NCBI GenBank assembly: GCA_038320275.1
Contig: JBBQEB010000061.1
Span: 1-20,104, forward strand
Source of the DNA: Myxococcales bacterium
GTDB taxonomy: Bacteria > Myxococcota > Myxococcia > Myxococcales > Anaeromyxobacteraceae
Length of the DNA stretch: 20,104 nucleotides
Direction of reading: 5' to 3'
A program made the translations under genes and the position numbers. The notes under the pieces are model-generated. The model saw only the letters and a list, made by a program, of their open reading frames with translations. It ran no database searches and was not told the DNA's origin. Shown here one piece after another: positions 8,585 to 16,327 of this stretch (its first letter is position 1; each line of letters starts with the position of its first letter).

Positions 8585-10630
8585 CTAGGGTGGCCGCCGG
8601 GGATCGAGAGTCCCGCCCCGCCAGATGAGGAATCCACGAGTAGCAAAGGTGAACCCAAACTTCGCCTCTCGCGCGAAGTCTCGCTCGTAGTCGTCCGGGT
8701 GCTCCGCGAAGTAGGCCTCGACCGCCTCATAGGGCCCCGGCCCGAAGGACGGGAGGACGGGGTGGCCGTTCAGATTCGAGTCCTCGACGACGACGTAGTC
8801 GCCGCTCCGCAGAAGCGGTCGCAAGAGGCGCAGCTCGCCGAGGACATGCTCGCGCCGATGGTCGCTGTCGAGGATGGCGAACAGTGGGCCCGGGTATTCC
8901 TGGCGGAGTTGCTCGATGCGGCGCGCCACCTCGTCGGACGTCGACGAGGCGACCATGACCTCGACGAGCGGCTCCCTCTTCACGCGCTCGTCGATGGTGC
9001 CCTCGTCCACGTCGACGGTCAGGATCTTCCCGCGGTGGCCGAGTTGCCTGAGCACGCTCGCGAAGAAGAGCGTCCCGCCGCCGAAGCGCGTCCCCAGCTC
9101 GACGATCAGGCGAGGTCGACGCTCGGCCAGGATCTCCTGGTAGTTCCACATGTCCATCGGGGACTTCAGCGCCTTCACGCCGGCCCAGGTGGTGGTGTCC
9201 CAGACGCGCCCGTCGTAGTACCAGCGATGGTACGCCGTGGCGGCTTCGGGCGCCGGAACCTCCGCGGTGGCCTCCGCCGGAGCTTCCAGAAGCCCGCAGT
9301 TGGTTGCCACGGGAAGGCGGTGGCGCCAGGCCGCCTTGAAGCGCTCGGCGCTTTCGGCGAAGGCAGAGGGGAGGTCGAGGCCGAGGAGCGAGTTGTGGAA
9401 GATCGGCGCGTCCGCCACCACGACGCGGAGGCCCTCCTCGCGGGCGCGGCACGCGAGGTCGGAGCCATAGAGGTGGAACCCGAGCCCGGGCGTCACCCGG
9501 AGCGGCGTGTCTCTCGGCATCGCCAGGAGCACCTCGTCGAGGGTGTCCGCCGGCTCGGGGAGATCGCCCTCGCGAAGCAGCCTGAACCGATCGACGAGGC
9601 TGCCTGCCCGGCGCACTCCCCCCGCTACGCCGGGGTCGCGCGACGCGCCGAAAACGCCCATGAGGCCGGTGCACCAGAAGCGATCCTGCGCCTGCCGCCA
9701 TTGCGCCTGAAACCGCTGCACCCAGCCCGCCGGCAGGTAGACGTCCTGGTGGACGAACGCGACGAGCGGGAATGCGGCGCGGGGGAGCGCAGCCGCGAGC
9801 GCATCCCCGGCGCTCGTCGCGCCGCGGATGCGCATCACCTCGTGGATCGTATTTCCCCGCAGGGACGGCGACGCGAGCAGGTTGTCCCCGAGCTGGGCCT
9901 CGTCGTTGACGCACACGACGAAGCTCATGGGCTCTTCGGGCGCCTGTGCCTGCCAGCCCAGCGGGCGCGCCCCAAAAACGTACTGGTAGCTGCCGAGGAA
10001 GGCCTCGGCGAGCGTCGGGTCGACGCCGACGTGCTGGAGCACCGGCGCGAGCGCCCTCATGAACGGAGGAGCCGGCGGGGAGGGCACGCGGTCCAGGAGC
10101 TCTGGTAGGAAGCCCGCGTCGAGGAGCAGCTTCGTGAAGGTCGCGTATGTGAAGAAACGGATGTGCGTCTCGTCCATGATCCCGAGCGGCTGATACTGGA
10201 AATCCCCGCGCAGGAGGGCCGAGAGGACCGAGGCGTGCTGGAGGTTCGGGATGCAGCACAGGAGTTGCCCGCTCGGGCGCAGCAGCGGCGCGAAACGGCG
10301 GAGCGTGCCGAGCGGATCGCGGAGGTGCTCGAGGACGTCTCCGAAGATCATGCAGTCGAACGAGGCGGGTGGGACGTCGGGCGCCTCGAGTTCGACGTCG
10401 AGGCGGAACACGCGGTCGAGCCTGGTGCCGGCCTCCCGCGCCGGCCCTTCTTCCCGCTCGACCCCGAACACCTTCCGGTCCGGGCGGTCCCTCTTCAGCG
10501 CCGCGCCGAGGCGCCCTTCGGCGCAGCCCACCTCGAGCACCGCCACCGCGCTCTCCGGGACGGTGCGGAGGAGCCAGGTGTTGAGCCCCTGGTAGTAGCC
10601 TTCGTCCTTCGGGGGGTTCCGTCGATCCAT
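8585..10630 (-). CDS. Three-domain fusion: class I SAM methyltransferase + GT2-like domain + CmcI-family (rhamnosyl O-methyltransferase-like) domain, 681 aa
   Basis: N-terminal VLEVGCAEG, FGDVLEHLRDP, DETHIRFFT. Middle SFVVCVND, FVHQDVYLP, TLDEVLL, GFHLYGSDLA. C-terminal KSPMDMWNYQEIL, IVELGTRFGGG, ILDSDH, GDYVVVEDSN. Confidence 0.88.
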   Translation of the reverse strand: MDRRNPPKDEGYYQGLNTWLLRTVPESAVAVLEVGCAEGRLGAALKRDRPDRKVFGVEREEGPAREAGTRLDRVFRLDVELEAPDVPPASFDCMIFGDVLEHLRDPLGTLRRFAPLLRPSGQLLCCIPNLQHASVLSALLRGDFQYQPLGIMDETHIRFFTYATFTKLLLDAGFLPELLDRVPSPPAPPFMRALAPVLQHVGVDPTLAEAFLGSYQYVFGARPLGWQAQAPEEPMSFVVCVNDEAQLGDNLLASPSLRGNTIHEVMRIRGATSAGDALAAALPRAAFPLVAFVHQDVYLPAGWVQRFQAQWRQAQDRFWCTGLMGVFGASRDPGVAGGVRRAGSLVDRFRLLREGDLPEPADTLDEVLLAMPRDTPLRVTPGLGFHLYGSDLACRAREEGLRVVVADAPIFHNSLLGLDLPSAFAESAERFKAAWRHRLPVATNCGLLEAPAEATAEVPAPEAATAYHRWYYDGRVWDTTTWAGVKALKSPMDMWNYQEILAERRPRLIVELGTRFGGGTLFFASVLRQLGHRGKILTVDVDEGTIDERVKREPLVEVMVASSTSDEVARRIEQLRQEYPGPLFAILDSDHRREHVLGELRLLRPLLRSGDYVVVEDSNLNGHPVLPSFGPGPYEAVEAYFAEHPDDYERDFAREAKFGFTFATRGFLIWRGGTLDPRRPP

Positions 10631-10715
10631 GATGCTGTATGGGTACCCCCTTTTCCGGTCCCTGGCGAAGAGCTGGCAACCGTTCGAAAGCAGGCCCGTA
10701 CCCCCGCCGCCAGGC

Positions 10716-10721
10716 TACACT
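10716..10721 (+). promoter_or_regulatory. Putative -10 element (leaderless transcript)
   Basis: TACACT, then 6 nt, then GTG 10728; no SD. Confidence 0.5.
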
Positions 10722-10727
10722 CCACCC

Positions 10728-11177
10728 GTGTCCGCCTCCCGCCTCGCCGCGCTCTCGTACCTCGGCTACCGCGCCGTCCTCGCCCACCCGTTCAAGCGGA
10801 TGGGACAGGAGGGCTCCGGGCTCGACCGGTTCCTCGCCAACTACGCGGTGGAGGGGCTCCTTCCCACCCGGCCCGAGGACCGCGCCATCGGGGAAGCTGC
10901 GAGCGCCTGCATCTCCTGCGGCCTGTGCGAGATCGCCTGCGACCTCGCCGGCGCAGCGCCGGCCATCCGTGCGCTGGGGTTGCCGGCCGCCTTCCGGCTC
11001 TTTGGCAAGAGCAGCGTCGAGCTCCCGCTCGCGGCGGCGGCGCTACAGGCCTGCCTTGCCTGCGCCGACGGCCGCTGCGACGCGGCGTGCCCCACCGGCG
11101 TGCCGATCTCGCGCGTCGTGCGCCACCTGCACGCGCGGGTGAGCGAGGCGGCGCCGGGGTATGCTGCCGCGGGATGA
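10728..11177 (+). CDS. Small 4Fe-4S dicluster protein (GlpC N-terminal ferredoxin-like), 149 aa
   Basis: Cys motifs CISCGLCEIAC and CLACADGRCDAACPTGVPI. GTG 10728 is preferred to ATG 10629, which would overlap the divergent gene. Stop overlaps the next ATG. Confidence 0.8.
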   Translation: MSASRLAALSYLGYRAVLAHPFKRMGQEGSGLDRFLANYAVEGLLPTRPEDRAIGEAASACISCGLCEIACDLAGAAPAIRALGLPAAFRLFGKSSVELPLAAAALQACLACADGRCDAACPTGVPISRVVRHLHARVSEAAPGYAAAG

Positions 11178-12115
11178 AGCCCCACCTCATCGTCAACCCC
11201 GCCAGCGCGAACGGCAGGACCGGGCGCCACTTCGACGCCATTGCCCGCGCCGTCCACGCATCCATCGGCCCGTTCGACCACTCCTTCACGCGCAGGCGCG
11301 GCGATGGGGCGGCGCTCGCGCGGGAGGTCGCCGTGTCCGGCACGGACCTCGTCGTGGCGGTGGGCGGAGACGGGACGGCGAGCGAGGTCATCGACGGCCT
11401 CCTGCAGGCTCGCGGGCCGGGCGGGAAGGACGTGGTTCGCTTCGGCTGCATCCCGCGCGGCACCGGCGGTGACTTCCGCCGCTCCCTCGATCTGCCGGAG
11501 GACGCCTCCGGCGCCGCGGACGTCCTCCGCGATGGCGTGGAGCGCACCATCGACCTCGGCCAGGTCGAGTACCTCGGGCACGACGGCGAGCGGCGCGTCC
11601 GGCACTTCGCCAACGTGGCTGGGTTTGGCATCGCCGGGCGCGTGGTCGAGCTGGTCGAGGGGATGGGCAAGGCGCTCGGGGGCAAGGCCGCCTTCACCAT
11701 CGCCTCCGCCCGCGCGCTGGTGGGCTGGCGCGATCAGCCCGTGCGGTGGCGGGTGGACGGAGGCGCCTGGAACGAGGACGAGGTCACCTCCCTGTCGGTG
11801 TGCAACGGCCGATTCTTCGGCGGCGGCATGATGGTGGCGCCCGGCGCCCGCGTGGATGACGGACTCTTCGACGTCACGCTCTGGAAAGGGCTGGGGTTGA
11901 AAGACTTCATCTTCAAGAAGGGCATGCTGTACGACGGGACCCATGTTCGCCTGGCCAACACGCGCACCCTGCGCGCCAAGGTGCTGGAAGCGGAGGCGAT
12001 CGGCGGCGCGCGGGTCCTGCTCGACGTCGACGGTGAGCAGCCGGGAACCCTGCCGGCCCGGTTCACCCTGGTTCCCGGCGCACTCCGCGTGCTGACCCAC
12101 CCTGTTCACGGGTAG
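11174..12115 (+). CDS. Diacylglycerol/lipid kinase family protein (YegS/DgkB-like), 313 aa
   Basis: ATG 11174 (ATGA coupling). Motifs IVNPASANG, VAVGGDGTASEV, IPRGTGGDF, FANVAGFG, NGRFFGGGM, DVDGE. Confidence 0.92.
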   Translation: MKPHLIVNPASANGRTGRHFDAIARAVHASIGPFDHSFTRRRGDGAALAREVAVSGTDLVVAVGGDGTASEVIDGLLQARGPGGKDVVRFGCIPRGTGGDFRRSLDLPEDASGAADVLRDGVERTIDLGQVEYLGHDGERRVRHFANVAGFGIAGRVVELVEGMGKALGGKAAFTIASARALVGWRDQPVRWRVDGGAWNEDEVTSLSVCNGRFFGGGMMVAPGARVDDGLFDVTLWKGLGLKDFIFKKGMLYDGTHVRLANTRTLRAKVLEAEAIGGARVLLDVDGEQPGTLPARFTLVPGALRVLTHPVHG

Positions 12116-12137
12116 GCGCCGTTGTCAGGTCGGTGCT

Positions 12138-12143
12138 TACACT
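12138..12143 (+). promoter_or_regulatory. Putative -10 element (leaderless transcript)
   Basis: TACACT, then 6 nt, then ATG 12150; no SD. Confidence 0.5.
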
Positions 12144-12149
12144 GGCACC

Positions 12150-13157
12150 ATGCTGACGCTCGCGCTGTCCCTCGCCCTCACCGTTGCCGCGCTGCAGGAC
12201 AGCTCGCCGGTGGCCACGCGGATCATCCAGGCTCCGGCCGCTTCGGGCGTCGCGCCGCGGGCGGTCGTGCCGCTCGAGACGCCGGAGGCCGTCCGCGCGC
12301 TCTGCGAGGCGCTGTCGCCCTCCGACCGGCTCGCCGGTGAGGGTGGCCCGGTCGAGCGCGCGCGGGCCGAGAGCGCGCACGATGCCGCCCGCGAGAGCGC
12401 GCTGGGGAAGCGCTACCGCGTCACCATCCCCGCCGAGCGGCTTCGCTTTGGCGGCTACGATCCGGAGGAGCGCGAGCTCACGCTCTCCGACCGAGCGCTC
12501 CTGGCTGGCGGCGGCGGCGCGCTGCGGGTGTGGGCGATGGAAGACAGGGGGCTGGCCGTGCGGGCGGAGCGGCCCCTCGCCGAACGGATCCTGGAATCCG
12601 CGAAGCGCCGGACCCTTGCGCTGGCCCTCACCTTCACGCTCCCCGAGGACGAGGACGCGGCGAGGTGCTCCCATCCGGCGGCGGGCAGCTTCTGGTCCTT
12701 GGGGGTCGAGCCGGTGAGCTGGGAGTACCTCTCCGCCGACGGCGTGCTGGCCCGGGGGGGCGAGGGAGGCGACCGTCCGCTCGTCACCGCTGCGCAGGGT
12801 GCCCGTCCGCGGGTTGAGGTTTCCCACCCTGTCGGCGACGGCGGGCGTGAGCTGCGGCAGGCCGTGCAAGCGCGGAGGGGCGACCTCGAGGGCTGTTACA
12901 CCCGCGCGCTTCGAGCCGACCCTGCGCTCGATGGTGCCCTGGTGATGGAGGTGGATCTGCCCGGCGCGAGCGGGCCGGCGCGCAACGTGCGGCTCGCGGC
13001 CGACTCGGTGCAGGACCCTGCGCTCGCCTCCTGCGTCCAAGGCGTGCTGCAGCGGGTGAGCTTCCCGGCCGGCCAGGAGGCGCGCGCCGACATCCCCATC
13101 CACTTCGAGCTCCTCTCGCCCACCGCCGAGTCGGGGATCGGGGGCGGCAGCCGCTGA
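12150..13157 (+). CDS. Exported protein with C-terminal AgmX/PglI-type (TonB-C-like) domain, 335 aa
   Basis: Hydrophobic N-terminus MLTLALSLALTVAA. C-terminal pattern LRQAVQARRGDLEGCYTRALRADPALDG...DSVQDPALASCVQGVLQRVSFP...IPIHF. Confidence 0.75.
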   Translation: MLTLALSLALTVAALQDSSPVATRIIQAPAASGVAPRAVVPLETPEAVRALCEALSPSDRLAGEGGPVERARAESAHDAARESALGKRYRVTIPAERLRFGGYDPEERELTLSDRALLAGGGGALRVWAMEDRGLAVRAERPLAERILESAKRRTLALALTFTLPEDEDAARCSHPAAGSFWSLGVEPVSWEYLSADGVLARGGEGGDRPLVTAAQGARPRVEVSHPVGDGGRELRQAVQARRGDLEGCYTRALRADPALDGALVMEVDLPGASGPARNVRLAADSVQDPALASCVQGVLQRVSFPAGQEARADIPIHFELLSPTAESGIGGGSR

Positions 13158-13171
13158 AGCGTTGAAGGCGG

Positions 13172-16012
13172 CTACGCGCACCGCCAGTAGGCGGTTGCCA
13201 CCAGCGTTCGCCGCTCCTTGAGCTCTGCACGGCGCTTCAGCTCGGCGAGGGCGCGGTCCTTCTCTCCGTAGCGGAGCGCCTCGGTTCCGCGCAGCTCCTC
13301 CACCCGGCGCCGGTACTCGCGCTCGGCGCGCTCGAGCAGCGCGCGCCGGTCGCGCAGCGGGAGGTCGCCCTTGTCGTGCAGCGCGGCGCGCGCGCTCCCC
13401 CAGGCCCGGCGCGCATCCTCCGCCAGCTTGCGGGGCACGCCCAGCGCATCCTCTGCCGAGCGGTCCAGGCGCTCGCGGGCCTCGTCGTAAGATTCGCCGC
13501 CGCGATCGGAGGCCTCGGCCGCGAGGCGCTGCGTCAGGGCGGCCAGCGCCTCCTCCTGCGCCGAGCCCATGGCGATGGCTCCCCCGCGGCTGGGGCTTCG
13601 AGCCTCGCGCGCCGGCAGCGCAGCGAAGGCGGCGGCCGCGTCCTGGGGCAGCGCCCGGAAGCGGTCGCCGTCCGGCCAGAGGACGAGGTGCGCGATGCGC
13701 TCCTCCGGCGCGAGCCCGTCGAAGGAGAACTTGTAGGCGAACCACCAGCCCTCGCGGCCGGCGAGCTCCGACAGCGCGGCGGGGAGGGCGCGCGCCTCCA
13801 CCTCCACCATCGACACGGGCTCTTGGGGGCGCGCCCGGACCGCCTCCGCGGCCGCGCGCGCCAGGCGCGCCCTCTGGGCCCGGGGCCGGGGATCCGCGCC
13901 CAGGGGCGCGGGCGGCACGACCTCGCCGTGAAAGACGCTCCTCACCAGCGCCTCCTCGTCGGCCTCCCGGCGGGCCACCGCGTCGCGCGCCTGCCGCTCG
14001 GCGATGCGCAGCTTGCCCCGGACCTCGCCGTCGAAGCGCTCGAAGAGGAGGGTGCGGGCGGCGCTGAGCCGCGCCTCGATGCGGCCGTCCACGTCCTGGC
14101 GCAGCGCCGCGAAGGCGGCGTCGATCTCGTCCGCCGAGCGACAGGACTGGTAGATCTCGAGGACGCGCCCCTCGAAGTCGACGCCGCTGCCGAGCGCCCC
14201 CAAGATCTCGTCGGAGGAGCCGAACACCCCGTCGAAGAGGGCGAGCTTCTGAGAGAGAAGCTCGTAGAGCCGCGCGTCGGCGGCGTTCGTCCTGTTGAGG
14301 AAGTTCAGCACCAGCACGTCGCGGGTTTGCCCGTAGCGGTGGCAGCGGCCGATACGCTGCTCCACCCGCTGCGGGTTCCAGGGCAGGTCGAAGTTCACCA
14401 CCAGGTTGCAGAACTGGAGGTTGAGCCCCTCCGCCCCGGCCTCCGTCATGAGGAAGATCTGGGTGCGGTCCCGGAACTCCTCGACCAGCGCCTGGCGCTT
14501 GTCCGCGCCGCCGGAATCGCCCGAGAGACAGGTCACGGTGAGCCCGCGCGCCTCGAGCAGCCCGCGCAGGTACTCCTGCGTGCGGCGGAACTCGGTGAAG
14601 ACGACCGCCTTCTGGGGCCAGCCGCAGGCGTGCGCCACCGTGAAGGCGCGGTCGAGCCCGCGCACCAAGGCGTCGCCTTTGGCGTTGGAGGTGATCGAGC
14701 GGGCGAGCTCGGCGCAGGCGCGCAGCTCCGCCAGCTCGCCGCGCATGCGGGCGACCGCGCCGGCGCCGTGCGTCCGCGGCTCGTCGCGGCAGGGTCCGTC
14801 GAGCTCCTCTGCCTCGTCCTCGAAGCCGGAGAGGTCGAGGAGCGCATCCGCCGCGGCGGCGCACTCGGCCCCGGCGAGCTTCGCCTCCAGGGAGTCGGCG
14901 AGCTTCGCCAGGGTGTGCGAGAGGGCGAAGGTGGAGGACGCCAGGATCTTGCGGTAAACGAGCACGAGCAGTGCCCGGCGCGCCTGCGGGATGGCGACGG
15001 CGTCCTCCCGCCGGAGGTACTCGGAGACGCGCTCGTACAGCTCGGCCTCCTCCCGCCTCGGCGCGAAGTCCTCCACCAGCGAGCGGCGCGCCGTGAACTT
15101 CACGTACTCGCGCACCTGCCTGCGCAAGGTGCGGATGACGACCCCGCCCAGCCGCTCCTTGAGGTCGGCGGCCCGATCCTCCGTGAGCTCGCCCGTCGCG
15201 AACTGAAGCCTGAAGGCGTCCTCGGTTCCGAGGAGCGCCTCGTCGATGAAGGAAGCGAGGCCGAGCAGCTCCATGAGGTCGTTCTGCAGAGGCGTGGCGG
15301 TGAGCAGGAGCTTGGGGCACCTTCGCAGCCCCTTGCGCAGCGCCTGGCCCGTCTTGTGGTCGCGCCGGTAGGCATTCCGGAGCCGGTGCGCCTCGTCCAG
15401 CACCGCCACGTCCCAGCCCACCCGCTCCACCTCGTGCGCCCGGAGCGCGGCGAAGGGATGGGAGGCGATGACGATCCCGCCGGTGTCGAACGGGTTGGCG
15501 CTCCCGCCCTTCCGCTCTCCGGCCCGCGCCGAAGCCCCGTCCACCACGGTGGAGGCGAGGCCGAACTTGGAGGCGAGCTCGTCCCGCCACTGGTTGCGCA
15601 GGGAGGCCGGGACGAGGATGAGGGCGCGCCCGCGCCCCTCCGCCGCGAGCTGGGCCAGCACGAGGCCCGCCTCGATGGTCTTGCCCAGCCCCACCTCGTC
15701 GGCGAGGACGCAGCCGCCGGTGGGGAGAGAGCCGAGGGCAAAGGCGGCCGCCTCGATCTGGTGCGGGTTGAGGTCCACCGCGGAGCGGGCCAGCGCGGGC
15801 GCGAGGCGCGAGGTGCCCTGGCCGCTGCGGGCGGTGAGCACCTCAGCGGCGATGCGCTGGTGAAACCGGGTGAGGGGAGCCTTGCCCGCGAGCGCCTGCA
15901 CCGCCTGGAGCGCCGCCGTGGTGATCGCCGCCGGCCCGCGCGCGGGTGAGACGACCGCCTCGCCCACCGCCGCGCGCTCGCGCACGGCGATCCCCGTCCT
16001 GCCCATCCCCAT
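13172..16012 (-). CDS. SNF2/RapA-like SF2 helicase-ATPase, about 946 aa
   Basis: LNPHQ, LADEVGLGKTIEAG (Walker A), LDEAHRLRN, LLLTATPLQN, VVFTEF, TEAGAEGLNLQ, FDLPWNPQRVEQRIGRCHRYGQ. Start is ATG 16012 or 16006; the longer 5' extension in the ORF track is antisense to thiSG. Confidence 0.9.
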   Translation of the reverse strand: MGMGRTGIAVRERAAVGEAVVSPARGPAAITTAALQAVQALAGKAPLTRFHQRIAAEVLTARSGQGTSRLAPALARSAVDLNPHQIEAAAFALGSLPTGGCVLADEVGLGKTIEAGLVLAQLAAEGRGRALILVPASLRNQWRDELASKFGLASTVVDGASARAGERKGGSANPFDTGGIVIASHPFAALRAHEVERVGWDVAVLDEAHRLRNAYRRDHKTGQALRKGLRRCPKLLLTATPLQNDLMELLGLASFIDEALLGTEDAFRLQFATGELTEDRAADLKERLGGVVIRTLRRQVREYVKFTARRSLVEDFAPRREEAELYERVSEYLRREDAVAIPQARRALLVLVYRKILASSTFALSHTLAKLADSLEAKLAGAECAAAADALLDLSGFEDEAEELDGPCRDEPRTHGAGAVARMRGELAELRACAELARSITSNAKGDALVRGLDRAFTVAHACGWPQKAVVFTEFRRTQEYLRGLLEARGLTVTCLSGDSGGADKRQALVEEFRDRTQIFLMTEAGAEGLNLQFCNLVVNFDLPWNPQRVEQRIGRCHRYGQTRDVLVLNFLNRTNAADARLYELLSQKLALFDGVFGSSDEILGALGSGVDFEGRVLEIYQSCRSADEIDAAFAALRQDVDGRIEARLSAARTLLFERFDGEVRGKLRIAERQARDAVARREADEEALVRSVFHGEVVPPAPLGADPRPRAQRARLARAAAEAVRARPQEPVSMVEVEARALPAALSELAGREGWWFAYKFSFDGLAPEERIAHLVLWPDGDRFRALPQDAAAAFAALPAREARSPSRGGAIAMGSAQEEALAALTQRLAAEASDRGGESYDEARERLDRSAEDALGVPRKLAEDARRAWGSARAALHDKGDLPLRDRRALLERAEREYRRRVEELRGTEALRYGEKDRALAELKRRAELKERRTLVATAYWRCA

Positions 16013-16088
16013 CCCGCCACCCCCGACGCCAGAGCTGCCCCGATCCCTTCTAGCACGGGTTCGGCGAGGCCCTTCCCGCCAGCGCCGT

Positions 16089-16117
16089 TTGACCCCGCAG
16101 GGAGCCACGGGTAAGAC
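16089..16117 (+). promoter_or_regulatory. Putative sigma70-type promoter for thiS-thiG (probably leaderless)
   Basis: TTGACC (16089-16094), 17-nt spacer, TAAGAC (16112-16117), then 6 nt to ATG 16124. Confidence 0.55.
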
Positions 16118-16123
16118 GCCCTC

Positions 16124-16324
16124 ATGCAGCTGAAGCTCAACGGAGAGGTGCGCGACGTGCCGGACGGCGTCACGGTGGCCGGGCTCCTCGCCCATCTCGG
16201 CGTCAAGGCGCCGCGGGTGGCGGTGGAGGTGAACGAGGCGGTCGTGACGAAGGATCGTTACGACGCGCACGCGCTCCAGGCGGACGACGCGGTGGAGATC
16301 GTGGCGTTCGTGGGGGGAGGGTAG
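16124..16324 (+). CDS. thiS: Sulfur carrier protein ThiS
   Basis: 66 aa ubiquitin-like protein with LNGE, VAVEVNEAVV, and C-terminal EIVAFVGGG; directly upstream of thiG. Confidence 0.96.
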   Translation: MQLKLNGEVRDVPDGVTVAGLLAHLGVKAPRVAVEVNEAVVTKDRYDAHALQADDAVEIVAFVGGG

Positions 16325-16327
16325 GCC

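Noticed and set aside
3601..11173. Long 5' extensions or apparent fusions in the track (3601-5583, 6069-8546, 10163-12115) and shadows 7886-10108 and 8727-10787
   Set aside because: True starts are marked by stop/start overlaps or SD sites (4279, 6876, 11174). The extensions are out-of-frame or antisense reads of neighbouring genes.
12063..15949. Very long overlapping ORFs (12063-15590 minus, 13376-15949 plus)
   Set aside because: Arg/Gly/Ala-rich alternative-frame or antisense ORFs expected in very GC-rich DNA, with no motifs, overlapping well-supported genes.
16013..16123. TPP riboswitch upstream of thiS
   Set aside because: No CTGAGA or ACCTG core motifs, and the promoter-like elements leave no room for a leader.
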